DNA of 64,000 bases from Epithemia pelagica (lineage: Eukaryota > Protista > Bacillariophyta), in assembly GCA_946965045.2 (NCBI GenBank), contig OX337230.1, positions 992,001 to 1,056,000 of the forward strand, given 5' to 3'. Below are positions 43,501-53,709 of the stretch, one piece after another (within the stretch, counting starts at the first letter, position 1; each line of letters opens with the position of its first letter). A program made the position numbers and the translations under genes. The notes under the pieces were generated by a model that saw nothing but the letters and a program-made list of their open reading frames with translations, was not told where the DNA came from and ran no database searches.

Positions 43501-46500
43501 AGATGAACATCGTGTCGACATCGCGGAGGAAACTCCCAAATCATCAGAAACAGAACTGTCGGCTGAGTTAGAGACCGAACAACAAACAGAGGAAACGGTG
43601 GATGGTTCATCGAGCAATGACCAAACAACTTCAACAACTTGTGTTGAAACCTCGTTACTGACACAAGATGAACCACATGTCGACGACAGCGAACGTGAAA
43701 CTCCAATCTCTTCAACTCCGGTACTTACGGCGGATGGAGATATCGAGCAAGAAGCACTCGCAACAGCCGTTGATTCAAGCATTGACCAAGCAACAACAGA
43801 AACTTGTGTCGAAACCACTTTGCCCCCACAAGATGAACATCGTGTCGACATCGCGGAGGAAACTCCCAAATCATCAGAAACAGAACTGTCGGCTGAGTTA
43901 GAGACCGAACAACAAACAGAGGAAACGGTGGATGGTTCATCGAGCAATGACCAAACAACTTCAACAACTTGTGTTGAAACCACGTTACTGACACAAGATG
44001 AACCGCATGTCGACGACAGCGAACATGAAACTCCATTCTCTTCAACGACGGTACTTACGGCGGATGAAAATATCGAACAAGAAGAACTCGCAACAGGTGA
44101 TGATTCAAGCATTGACCAGGAAACAACAGAAACTTGTGTCGAAACCACTTTGCCTCCACAAGATGAACATCTTGTCGACAACGAGGACGAAACTCCCAAA
44201 TCGCCTGAAATTGTGCTGTCGGTTGAAGGGGAGAGTGACCAAATAGAGGGAACGATCATTGATTTATACAGTGATCAAGCATCTCCAATCTCTTGTGTCG
44301 AAACTACGTTACTGCCACAAGATGAAACGTCTGTCGACAACGAGGACGAAACTTTCAACTCAACGTCATCACCAACGGTAATATCAACTGAGAGAGAGAG
44401 TAAGCACGATACGGAAGCAGTCGATGATGCAAGAAGTCATGAGACAACCACAGCTGATTGTGCCCAAATCTCATCGTTGCCATCAAAGCATATTGATAGC
44501 CAGGACAACACCTCGGAGTCAACAATAGGACACTCGTCTGAAGTAAAGATCGAGCAAGAACTGAAAACAACCGTTGATTCAAGAAATGGGCCTGCAAATG
44601 AAGCCACGGAATCCGTGGTCCTAACAATGTCGACATCATATGATGCACCACCACTTGTCCCCGCAGAGGATAAAACTTCTGAGTCCACGATGGAACCCTT
44701 TGCCAACGAAAACATCGAGCAACAATCAGAAACAAGCTTTGATTCAATCGATGAGGAGAAGACTGGACCTACAGATTGTAGCCATACCACGTCAACATCA
44801 CAAGAAAAAGAGTTTTTCTCATGCGAGAACAATACCGATGAGTCACCAATGGAGTACTCAACCGACGAAAAGATCGAACAAGAGCAGGAAACTTGTGGTC
44901 ATTCATTATTTGGTCACGAAGCAAATGAAGCCACAGAATTCGTCGAAGCCATGTCATCGTCACAAGATAAAGTACTTGGCCCAGATGAGGACGAAAGTCT
45001 TGCGTTACCGAGGAAACCCTCATCCGACGAAAACATCGAGCAAGAGCTGGATACAAATTGCAATTCATGTCATGACCGAGTAAATGAAGCCAATGAAAGA
45101 GCCTCGCAGGATGAAGAGCTTGTCCCAGACGAGGACGATAGCGTTGCATCACTGATGGAACCCTCATTTGAAGAAAACATGGAGCAAGAGCGGGAAACAA
45201 ATTGCGATTCATTTAATGAACCAGCATCTGAAGCCACAGCAGCTTTCATTCAAGCCTCACAAGATGAGGAGCTTGTCTTGGATGGGGACAATACTTTTGA
45301 GTCACCAAATGAACCATCAACCGAGCAAGAACCAGTATCAATCATTGATTCGATCTATGACAAAGAGACTGGAGCTACAGCTGGTACACAAACCACGTCA
45401 ACGGCACACGGTGAGCGGCTCATTGATCTTGGCGATGGGCAAGAGATGGAAACAACCGATGATTCACGCTGCGACCAAGTAAAAGGAACGTGTGCCCTAA
45501 CCTCTTCACCGCCACAAAATGAACAAGATTATGATTACGCAAACGGAGTAACTTCGCAAACGTCGTCATCACAAGATAATCGACCACTTGTCGACAACGA
45601 GGACATTACTCCCGAATCACCGAGAACCAAACTGTCGGCCGAGGCATCGATTGACGATGACGATAAGTTTATCGAAGTCTCAGATGCCTGTTACAGTATA
45701 GACGCTTCAACTTCAGTGAATGATCTTTCGATCGGCGACGAGAGCAATACCTCTGAGTCGTCTTTGAAGGTCCCCTCGACTGAGGACATTGAGCTTGAAT
45801 CGGAACAAATTCATGAAGAGCATACTGACCAGATAAATACATTAAGATTATATGAAGACATCTCGACGAAGCAGTATGATCAGGAACGGCAAAAAGAGGA
45901 CGAGACTGAGGAAAATCTCATAGCTGAACCAGAAACATCCAATGATCCATGCAACGGGCAACCCAATGAGGTGTCAAATGGAACGATTTCTGCGCAAATA
46001 TCATCGCCCGAATACGATCATCCCCCCAGGGACAAGGATATCACTACTGAGCTAGTTGTTGTGGCACCGATGGCGGAGGGAGCAGCCAACGAACAAGAAG
46101 CGGAGAATGTGAAGCTCACTGGTTGCACCTCCTCATTATCACTCACCAACAGTCCAGAGCAGGTAGCGAATCATGTAGACAACTTGCCGGCACCACCAGC
46201 AGAGAAACCGTCAACCAACTTGACGGCGGAGCCAACCAAAAGCGAACAGGGCTCTGAACCAGAGCCTACGTGTGAGCTCGAACCCATGACTCACGAGATC
46301 AAAAGTGAAAGCCCTCCCCCCATATATCCTACGGCTGACAAAATTATCGACAGTGAAGCGATCAAACCTTCGTCAATTATAACTATCATGAGAAAACGCA
46401 AAATCGCAATGCAACAACGAAAACTTGCTGCTCAAGGAACGGACTCCAACCTTCGCCAAGCTTCTTCCTTGCCACCACTACCCACATCGTCATTTAAGCA

Positions 46501-48412
46501 AGAATGCACTGCTTCTCCAGCTGCGTCTCCTCCTGCGACACCGCGAAAAGACATTGGCAATCTGCGAAGTCCTCCCAGTCCCCGACCCAATGGATCAATG
46601 CTTCAATCAAGGTCATCCATGAGATCCCTGCTATCCTTGTCTTCGTCTTCGGAAAGTTCATCCACTTCGTCAAGTTCAACAACGTCAGAAATTGGAGATG
46701 AACAGGAAGGTGAAGAAGTGATTTATTCGCATTCATCCTCAACTGACGACAGTGAGTCATCATCAGTGTCCTCGTCATCGTTGACAACGGCCATCCGTCA
46801 CAAGGAAGAAGCCGCATCGTCTTCAGAGGAAATGGCTGTTCGACCTTTTCATTCGTCGTCCACGACTTCGACCAATGGAGATGTCTCTTCAAGATCTTCG
46901 TATTCCATGGCGTCTTCGTCCTCGGCTTGTTCGTTTTCTTCTTCCTTCGAGGAGTCTGCAGGCGTTGCCACAACGTCCGCTGTTATTGCGGGTGGAGGGA
47001 ACAACTCGGAAGCCAAAGGTGCCAATTCTTCCTTAATGGGTACCAATGCCGTCGAAGTCGTTATGGAACTCATATCTGGTGGACCATCCACAAGTCACAG
47101 TGGCAGTGGCAATAGTCACAGCTGTAGCTTCAACAGCAGCCATGATGCGGACGACGACCATGACGACGATGGAGAAATGGAAGACGATGAGAGTGTCACC
47201 GTTGTGATGGAAACGGAACACTCCCAACAACAAGCATCTCATAAAACGAAAACTACTGTTGCAATCGAACACATCCAGAGGGGAAACATAGACACAGATT
47301 CTGTGGACCATCACGCCTTAATTGCGGCCATGGTGACGACGGCTCGAGCTCATACAGGGAGTTTAGATCAATTTGATGACATGGCGGGAAATGGCAAGGA
47401 CAAGAATATTGATCACAACATGGATGGGGAGAACACGGGCCACAACACGGAGGAAAACAGAGAAGACGCCACGGGTGGTGACAGCTCAATAACAACCTCC
47501 ACTTTGGTTCCACCAGTTACTATGCTGGTCAACGCTGTGTCATTGCCCCACAATGGTCCTGACGAGACATCTACTGAGGGTTACGAGGCCGAAGACGACG
47601 AAGAGCTCGATTCCCTCATGTCTTCTCTTAATAATCCAGGATCATTTACCTACAATCATCAAGGAGAGGAATTGGACGATGATGAGGATGACGACTCGTC
47701 GGCCTTTGTCTCCAACGACGAAGATCTTCAGCAGCAACATGTTGTGGTCTCGTCCGCAGCATTAACTAGCTCTCATGGATGTTTCCCATCGGCACCGCCA
47801 CCTATCGATGTGGAACTTCCAGCCAACATGACGGGAGACTTGGTTCTTCATACCACCTCGACTCCCACTACCAACAACCGAAAAAAGAACCAAGCCGACG
47901 AAGACCAGCATGTCCACGAAAACGAAACGGTGCCAGATGCCGCCGCCATTACCACCATGGTAAGATATCGTGGTGGTGTTGGCAGTGGGAACCACAGCAG
48001 TACCAGTAGTACCAGTACGAGTGGCAGTCACAGTCGCAGCAGCAGTTATGGTGGAAGCAGTGGTGCCGTTACGACCAACACTTCCTTTACAACCACCACG
48101 TTGGGCTATGAGCATGACGACGACGTGGAGGACGATGCCTTGGATATCTTTTGGGAATTTACGGGATGTTTGCTGGACGACGATGACGATTTGGCAGCGG
48201 CACAACGAAAATTGTATCACAAAATGCCCACATCAAAAAAGAAGACAAAACGACAATTGCTCAAGCAACATGCGCGAGCACAAGCACGAGCACATGCAGC
48301 AGCAGGAACCATGCAAGACCAGACAAAAGGAGGAGGACGACCACAACAACAAGCATCCTCGTCACCAACAGTGGCTGACAGCAACCACAACACCACCGGC
48401 GGTTTGTCCTAA
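40598..48412 (+). CDS. Giant acidic Ser/Thr/Asp/Glu-rich repeat protein (2604 aa), predicted disordered
   Basis: 7.8-kb uninterrupted ORF whose tandem repeats keep the frame (324/330 bp). No recognisable globular domain or signal peptide. Confidence 0.7.
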   Translation: MSLSENAIMTRTEVALAAILAEDDPSTCSSSMETPFEVKADDDSDDKDHSKDDDEDDEKYPSLDEVDEREQHQGKIESLHKPFSLSVSSELKIRTLDHHSSSHDGAAAATTNSSISSNNTSTIANKMPIRTPLTTTVMEPLSVDVATTDLPLQQQQQIISDSLIFSRVVKPKDTTTRPKPTSSRKLLSIKTQYLTTADDDIKNRPKSLDHSAFSWSSSYLAASKKNKKHPGNLTPNKPKTKTPRRLLERGELMSIAPLLSVTSSTSSCSSFSFSPPPFSKKNAEKNRFFQDKKEQEQTKTSAKSQKEAQQQVSTVPHPMSLNSEPWAQSNKCVVTDRIERGSETAADEKRLTKEATNPNDNGPLDPKVMSDDTNHQEESTAVPEFSTEGTTEQQQQDETRSNDEPNSVLGETVASSLNELSPLLQPAIDCEDDKVEPSSSEDTTETESDREIPKINDSHNNDQEASITSCENLSFPQDRHVVTTTVTTSKDDEDLPMTESLTESTTEQAEETKTDSSCDQATTYTNVETAVPPQEEHLVDIAAEAPKSSETELSAKFETEQAEETMDGSSSDHTTAASCTETMPLTQDEPHIDDSEHETSISSTPALTTDGNIEQEELATAVDSSIDQATTETCVETTLPPQDEHLVDIAAEAPKSSETELSAKFETEQAEETMDGSSSDHTTATSCTETMPLTQDEPHIDDSEHETSISSTPVLTTDGNIEQEELATAVDSSIDQATTETCVETTLPPQDEHLVDIAAEAPKSSETELSAKFETEQAEETIDGSSSDHTTAASCTETMPLTQDEPHIDDSEHETSISSTPALTTDGNIEQEELATAVDSSIDQATTETCVETTLPPQDEHLVDNEDETPKSSETELSAELETEQQTEETVDGSSSNDQTTSTTCVETTLLTQDEPHVDDSEHETPISSTPVLTADGDIEQEELATAVDSSIYHATTETCVETTLPPQDEHRVDIAEETPKSSETELSAELETEQQTEETVDGSSSNDQTTSTTCVETSLLTQDEPHVDDSERETPISSTPVLTADGDIEQEALATAVDSSIDQATTETCVETTLPPQDEHRVDIAEETPKSSETELSAELETEQQTEETVDGSSSNDQTTSTTCVETTLLTQDEPHVDDSEHETPFSSTTVLTADENIEQEELATGDDSSIDQETTETCVETTLPPQDEHLVDNEDETPKSPEIVLSVEGESDQIEGTIIDLYSDQASPISCVETTLLPQDETSVDNEDETFNSTSSPTVISTERESKHDTEAVDDARSHETTTADCAQISSLPSKHIDSQDNTSESTIGHSSEVKIEQELKTTVDSRNGPANEATESVVLTMSTSYDAPPLVPAEDKTSESTMEPFANENIEQQSETSFDSIDEEKTGPTDCSHTTSTSQEKEFFSCENNTDESPMEYSTDEKIEQEQETCGHSLFGHEANEATEFVEAMSSSQDKVLGPDEDESLALPRKPSSDENIEQELDTNCNSCHDRVNEANERASQDEELVPDEDDSVASLMEPSFEENMEQERETNCDSFNEPASEATAAFIQASQDEELVLDGDNTFESPNEPSTEQEPVSIIDSIYDKETGATAGTQTTSTAHGERLIDLGDGQEMETTDDSRCDQVKGTCALTSSPPQNEQDYDYANGVTSQTSSSQDNRPLVDNEDITPESPRTKLSAEASIDDDDKFIEVSDACYSIDASTSVNDLSIGDESNTSESSLKVPSTEDIELESEQIHEEHTDQINTLRLYEDISTKQYDQERQKEDETEENLIAEPETSNDPCNGQPNEVSNGTISAQISSPEYDHPPRDKDITTELVVVAPMAEGAANEQEAENVKLTGCTSSLSLTNSPEQVANHVDNLPAPPAEKPSTNLTAEPTKSEQGSEPEPTCELEPMTHEIKSESPPPIYPTADKIIDSEAIKPSSIITIMRKRKIAMQQRKLAAQGTDSNLRQASSLPPLPTSSFKQECTASPAASPPATPRKDIGNLRSPPSPRPNGSMLQSRSSMRSLLSLSSSSESSSTSSSSTTSEIGDEQEGEEVIYSHSSSTDDSESSSVSSSSLTTAIRHKEEAASSSEEMAVRPFHSSSTTSTNGDVSSRSSYSMASSSSACSFSSSFEESAGVATTSAVIAGGGNNSEAKGANSSLMGTNAVEVVMELISGGPSTSHSGSGNSHSCSFNSSHDADDDHDDDGEMEDDESVTVVMETEHSQQQASHKTKTTVAIEHIQRGNIDTDSVDHHALIAAMVTTARAHTGSLDQFDDMAGNGKDKNIDHNMDGENTGHNTEENREDATGGDSSITTSTLVPPVTMLVNAVSLPHNGPDETSTEGYEAEDDEELDSLMSSLNNPGSFTYNHQGEELDDDEDDDSSAFVSNDEDLQQQHVVVSSAALTSSHGCFPSAPPPIDVELPANMTGDLVLHTTSTPTTNNRKKNQADEDQHVHENETVPDAAAITTMVRYRGGVGSGNHSSTSSTSTSGSHSRSSSYGGSSGAVTTNTSFTTTTLGYEHDDDVEDDALDIFWEFTGCLLDDDDDLAAAQRKLYHKMPTSKKKTKRQLLKQHARAQARAHAAAGTMQDQTKGGGRPQQQASSSPTVADSNHNTTGGLS
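42190..44200 (+). repeat. Coding tandem repeat: 3 x 324 bp followed by 3 x 330 bp
   Basis: Shadow ORFs recur at 42360/42684/43008 and 43338/43668/43998. Each unit is a dimer of ~54-aa subunits (EQ.E...DSS.DQ.T...CVET.LP.QDE..VD). Boundaries approximate. Confidence 0.9.
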
Positions 48413-48734
48413 AATATGAGGATCTCGGTCTCGGGCCTTCCAAGAATATAGAAGACGAATACTTTTGATACGATTTCTAGACACCCAAAATGGAAGGAAC
48501 AGTTATTATTTATTAGGTTTGACCATTTTCAAATCACATTTTCTTTAGGTCATGTGTGTGGGAAGAAGGGCAACCCAACCCTCTGATCTTCTTTTCAATG
48601 TTTTGTGTAACAATGGCTTTCCATAGCCGAGACAGTTCGATTTATTCATTCATCTACAAGGTAGCCCAATCACAAGTACAGTTTGTTTGTGTAATTAAAA
48701 AAATGTTTTTGCCACTTAACAGCAATGTGGCCGT

Positions 48735-50888
48735 TTATTGAATCACGCAACACGAGGCAACATCTTGAATGCGCTTCTCTTCTTCGGGTGTCAAGGTTCC
48801 ACCGTCTACTCCTGGAGTCACATCGACGGTTTCAAACTTTTGTGCGTTCATGTTTACGGCCTCTGCAGTCTCTTTCTCTACTGCTGTTTCCTCTACATCA
48901 TTGGCCGAGGGCTTGTGTTCTTCTTCCTCTGTTCGTACAGGTGTGGAGTCGTCCGCCGTTGTGGCATGAACTTCTTTCGTGGTGCTGTCTGCTGCTGCTT
49001 CCTCCTCTTGCTCTGGCACGATTGCTTGGTCGATTTTCGGGGGTTCCTCTTCTTCCACCGGCACAGCCGGTTCGGGTGTGCTTTCCGTTTCTTCTTGGAC
49101 AACTGCGACTGTCGGTTCCGCATTGTTGGACACTGCCATTTCTTCCGTCGTCTGGGGTGGATCTTCGGGGGTCTCGACAGTCGCAGAAGCGGCGGGCTCG
49201 GAGCTGTCAGCCACTAGCGGCTCCTCCTCCTTGGTTTCGGCTTGTGAAGCTGGCTCTTCCACGACGACTTGTGAGGAGGGGCTCTCTACAACTGCCAACG
49301 CTTCATCCTTAGTTTCTTCCTCGACAGCAGGTGCAGTTGGCTCCTCGTTCACTGCCTCTTGTGTTGGAGCCACTGGATCGTTTTCTTGGTCGTCCTCTGC
49401 TGGTACCACAGCTGTCGTTTCCTTTTCTTCTACAGCTGGAGTCTCATCTACTCCTTCCGACGTTTCTGCGACAGTTTCTTCCTCGACCGCAGGTGTAGTT
49501 GGCTCCTCATTCACAGCCTCTCGTGTTGGACCCGCTGGATCATTTTCTTTGTCGTCCTCGGCTGGAGCAACAGCGGCCGTTTCCTTCTCTGGCGCTGCGT
49601 CAACACCTGCTTCGTCATTGTCGACTTGAGGTGGTTCCTTGTCATGATTCGTGGTGTCAACGGTTTCCTCGTTGGGCAACGTTGGTGCAGAAGCTGTGTC
49701 ATCCTTGGATACTGCAACAGGCACAGCTGTACTATCTTCTTCTTCATTTTCTGTGGGATCGACCACTTTTGGCGCAGCAGCAGTGGTGGTGTCGTCCGTC
49801 ACCGGTGATGGGGTGTCCAACGCCGCTTCGGCGGTTGTTTCGTTGGCAGCCGAAACGGCTGCTGTTTCCTCCCCCTTGTCATCATCCACGTCTTGTTCGA
49901 TATCCAATGCTTCAGAAGTCTGAACCGTGCTGTGAAAGACATCCTCGGGCTCTTCTTTCACCACCGTGACCGGTTCTTGTTGCTTCTGCTTTTCATCTGC
50001 TTCGGAAACCAGTCCAATGTTCTCCTCACTCGTAGGTTGCTGAACAGCACTGTGAAACACATCATCCGTATCCGCCTTGTTGTTGTCGACCATCTCGTCA
50101 AACGTTTCGGAATAGAGTTGTTCTTCCCCCTTGTCCGTGATCTCATCCGATGGTGCCACAGTGGTGGAGAGTTGTTGGTCTCTTTGTTCCTCCTCCGTTG
50201 GTTTATCCTCAATATCATCGTTACCGTCAATGCCTCCATCATTCGTTTCCTCCACCACCATTGGGGTTTCTTCCTCCTCGGTGTCAGCAGCTGCTGCAAC
50301 AGGTGTGGACGATTCTTCCTCCTCCAAGCCACTTTGGTGATTAACAGTCTGTTCTTCCTTGTCGGTTGTTGCTCCAGCAGTAGCAGCATTGGGAGGTTCG
50401 TTGCTGAGGGAATCCTCCTTGGGCACCTCTTCTTCTACGGTGGGAGCTTCTCCGGCATCATCCTCTTCTTCTTCTTCGGTTGTGGGGGCCTGTTCTGCTG
50501 CATCTTCTTCCACCTCTCCATTCTCCTCGTGCGAAGCGCTCGTGGTGGTGGACAGTGTGCCAGGTGCTAGAGGAGGTTCTTCGCCGTCGGGCGAGACGGC
50601 GGCTTTTTCTTCGTCGTCTTGGACAGCGGCAGTGTTTGTGGTGTTCATGGTCGGTTTCTCGGGTGCTACCAAACTGTCTTTGCCGCCTTCCGCGGCTAGT
50701 GCCTCTGTGGCGTTGCCGGCGTCGGCACTGTCAATGTCAAGTTGTGGTTGTTCACGGTTCTCCTCGGCTTTCATTTCGTCTGTGGGAGCCGTGTTGACTT
50801 GTACCAAATCCAACTCGTCTTTTTGGAGTGTTGTAATGGGGGTTGTTGTTGGTTCTTGTGCAGCGGCAATCACAACTTCTTCCGTCAT
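48735..50888 (-). CDS. Highly acidic Glu/Ala/Thr/Pro-rich disordered protein with C-terminal CaaX box (CCVIQ)
   Basis: ATG at 50888 (MTEEVVIAAAQE). Ends ...IQDVASCCVIQ-stop. Internal ~45-aa duplication (PAEDD.ENDP..PT.EAVNEEPT.PAVEEET). Confidence 0.75.
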   Translation of the reverse strand: MTEEVVIAAAQEPTTTPITTLQKDELDLVQVNTAPTDEMKAEENREQPQLDIDSADAGNATEALAAEGGKDSLVAPEKPTMNTTNTAAVQDDEEKAAVSPDGEEPPLAPGTLSTTTSASHEENGEVEEDAAEQAPTTEEEEEDDAGEAPTVEEEVPKEDSLSNEPPNAATAGATTDKEEQTVNHQSGLEEEESSTPVAAAADTEEEETPMVVEETNDGGIDGNDDIEDKPTEEEQRDQQLSTTVAPSDEITDKGEEQLYSETFDEMVDNNKADTDDVFHSAVQQPTSEENIGLVSEADEKQKQQEPVTVVKEEPEDVFHSTVQTSEALDIEQDVDDDKGEETAAVSAANETTAEAALDTPSPVTDDTTTAAAPKVVDPTENEEEDSTAVPVAVSKDDTASAPTLPNEETVDTTNHDKEPPQVDNDEAGVDAAPEKETAAVAPAEDDKENDPAGPTREAVNEEPTTPAVEEETVAETSEGVDETPAVEEKETTAVVPAEDDQENDPVAPTQEAVNEEPTAPAVEEETKDEALAVVESPSSQVVVEEPASQAETKEEEPLVADSSEPAASATVETPEDPPQTTEEMAVSNNAEPTVAVVQEETESTPEPAVPVEEEEPPKIDQAIVPEQEEEAAADSTTKEVHATTADDSTPVRTEEEEHKPSANDVEETAVEKETAEAVNMNAQKFETVDVTPGVDGGTLTPEEEKRIQDVASCCVIQ

Positions 50889-51770
50889 GACAATAGTACA
50901 GAATCTAGAGCCGAGACGATGGCGTACAGAAGATGAAGTTGGGACAATTCTTGGAAGGCAAGACGAAGACGATCCACAATCCACAATGACAATGATCTCA
51001 ATGATCAATGATGGCTTTGATTTTCCAATTTTAACAGAAGAAAAGGTAAAAAAGTCACGTTGTTTCGCGCTTCTCACGTCGGACCGACGTTTGACTGTAG
51101 CGTCAAAAGTAGCGACACTGAACCAGAGAGTGTCGAAGCGGCACCCTGATTCAAACCATCGGTCGCAGCATCAATTTGCGGTTAGAAAGCCGTTTATTCA
51201 TTCACGGGGCTCGCCGAGTTCTGTGTTTCTGCGAGCGTGCGAGAAACTGGACCTGCCTATAGCTAGGAGTAGTTGAGAGGGTAGCTACCTAATAAGGCTC
51301 GCGCTCTCTCTTGTTGGGCGACTGCGAACTCTTCGGGTCGTTTCTTCGAACTGAATCGTTTGAACGGAGAATTCAAACGCTCCCAACGACCGTCCTGTTC
51401 TTCCATGATATTATTAGGTCCATAACGCCCGTCTGCCATGGCCGTTCGCGCCGGGTGCCGTTCTGTACAAGTAAAGGATCGCGAAGCCCACAACGGACAA
51501 CCATCTGTGACCTAAAAGAAAGAAAAAGACCTCTCCATCTTGGCCTTGGCCGTTGATTACTGATTACGCAAAACCACGCAAAGATCTCTACAAAACGAGC
51601 CCTGGACTTTTGTAAGGAACAAGCCGGATGCAAGAGAGGCAAGAGAGTCACAACCATTCCTTGAGACGACAGACCGGTTCATCCAGAATCGCAAGCGTTG
51701 ATCCAACCAATCTCCAGCAATTCACAAACTCCCAGGGGCACATTTCTGGAACCAGTTCTCCTGTTCCTTC

Positions 51771-53405
51771 ATGATGATGCGCAGCGACCCACTACACAAG
51801 GGTGCCAGTAGGTTACAGCGCTATCGAGGCGCCAAGTTATCTCCCACTACACCACCACCAAAGCTACCACCTCCGCCACCACCACCAAAGCAACCACACA
51901 ATAACAATCCTCAAGAAACTGAGGATGGGACAACTCGTCGTGAAAATCGTTTCAATGGCGAAACACTCCGTCGGTTTCCACAACAACAACAAACGGCCTC
52001 CAAGCACACTCAACCAAAGCCCAAATCGTCACCTTCTGTGGCTCGGTCCGACTCCTCGGTCGATTCCTTTCAACACGACTGTGCCAATCGCATCCTATCG
52101 TCCTTGATTCAATCGCCCATTCAGGAAACGACCAAGAGGGATTCTTCCGACCATCACCACCACACTCGACTGCCAGCCGCACGAAGAAGCAACAAGACGG
52201 TTGTGCCACCAAGGGCGCCTCGCTCGCGACCCACCAGTGCAACTACCGACGAGGCGTCCCTGGCTCTTTCTTCGGGACACTTGTCCTCCAGTCGTGTCCG
52301 CAAATTGCTCGTCCTATTGGAGCAAGAACACTTTGAACGATGTCCCAAAGACACCATTGCCGTCACACAAACTGTCAGTTCGGACCAACGGTCGCAACCA
52401 CAACACCATCCAGCTTCCAGTGTCCCTCCGCATCGTCCTGCCTCTACGGCCGCCGAGGTGCCGCACGAACATGTCTTGACCGCCTTGTGGTCGCAAGACG
52501 AGGAGGAAGAGGTGGAGCAGCAAAAAAGGGCGAGGAAAAGAAATCAGCACGGTCCGGGGTCCAGTCGACGTCTTCCTCCCTCGCCTCATCCGGTACCACC
52601 TCGACCACCAACTGGCTTGTTGTCGTCCTCCTCCTCCTCGCCACCACCGGCCGTCGCCTCCTTATTGTCGTCCTCCTCGGCTTCTTCTACTTCCTCCTCG
52701 GCGTCGTCGTCCAGTGTGGTCAATCCTTCGCCACAGTCCATTGTGGTAAGTTTTAGCAAGGCCGAAATGGAGAATTGTCAAAATGATTCCCTTTCCGAGT
52801 TTCAGTCCTCCAAGGCCAGCATGAGCGTGGAGGAACTGCTCGAGCCACCAAACGACTCGTCAGCACCCAAACAGGATGCCACCATGGTCCAACAAGATTC
52901 CTCCTTGGCCTTGGTACCTTGGAATGCTGGGCATGACTCTCGAAGGAAAACACAGCACACGAAACAGGGCAACCACGACGACGAGGCGCCTACCGATGAT
53001 AAATCAGCCTATATCACCACAACGGGCAGACATGAAAACGACACTGGATCGCTAACTCTCTGGAACCATTGGCTGCAGGGAAGCAGCAAGAGTAGTGGGA
53101 ATGGGAACCGCGAGGGAACGCTTGCCATTTCGGGGAGAAACGCTTCGGATACGAGTGCATGGAGGAGACGACGTCCCCACTCGACTCTGGGCAAGGTTGA
53201 CGACGACAAGGACGATGAAGATGGATCCTTGGTAGTCCTCTTTCAATCCTTTTTGGATTGTTCCAGCATGGGTGAAACCACCACATCCATGTGTACACCA
53301 TCCCCCGCCAACAATACCAGTGCCGTGTCCCACCAAACCCGTACTACGACAAATGAAACAAACCACTACAACACCAAGGAGAGGGGCCGAACCAGAAGGT
53401 CGTAG
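51771..53405 (+). CDS. Low-complexity Pro/Ser-rich hypothetical protein; paralog of 58345-60099
   Basis: 544-aa ORF. Shares motifs CANRILSSL, LSSSRVRKLLVLLEQ and VLFQSFLDCSS with the downstream ORF. Confidence 0.55.
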   Translation: MMMRSDPLHKGASRLQRYRGAKLSPTTPPPKLPPPPPPPKQPHNNNPQETEDGTTRRENRFNGETLRRFPQQQQTASKHTQPKPKSSPSVARSDSSVDSFQHDCANRILSSLIQSPIQETTKRDSSDHHHHTRLPAARRSNKTVVPPRAPRSRPTSATTDEASLALSSGHLSSSRVRKLLVLLEQEHFERCPKDTIAVTQTVSSDQRSQPQHHPASSVPPHRPASTAAEVPHEHVLTALWSQDEEEEVEQQKRARKRNQHGPGSSRRLPPSPHPVPPRPPTGLLSSSSSSPPPAVASLLSSSSASSTSSSASSSSVVNPSPQSIVVSFSKAEMENCQNDSLSEFQSSKASMSVEELLEPPNDSSAPKQDATMVQQDSSLALVPWNAGHDSRRKTQHTKQGNHDDEAPTDDKSAYITTTGRHENDTGSLTLWNHWLQGSSKSSGNGNREGTLAISGRNASDTSAWRRRRPHSTLGKVDDDKDDEDGSLVVLFQSFLDCSSMGETTTSMCTPSPANNTSAVSHQTRTTTNETNHYNTKERGRTRRS

Positions 53406-53709
53406 TCCTTTCTCACGTAGAGTTTTAGCTTAATCCTTATATCGGGGAGGGGGAAATTGAAAAACACAAACTTTGCATGCTCAGTATGTACGTGCTTTCG
53501 AGTTTTGTAGCAGTACTCTTGCCAACATTGTTGGGAGTGACTGGAAAATCCACCTGGTGGACAGGACTCGGTTTAGGCGTACTGACAAAGTCTTTGTCTT
53601 CCCGTGCCTGTGGTATGATGAGAAATGACAAATGACTAACAACTGGATTCGGTGAGGATGCGAAGCTCGGCTGGCGTTCGAGATTCATGCTTCTACTTGG
53701 TCTACACTA

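Noticed and set aside
41722-44259. 576-aa and 268-aa minus-strand ORFs (Ser/Val-rich)
   Set aside because: Antisense shadows of the repeat region of the 2604-aa ORF. The same applies to shadows over the GPCR, mucin-like and CaaX genes.
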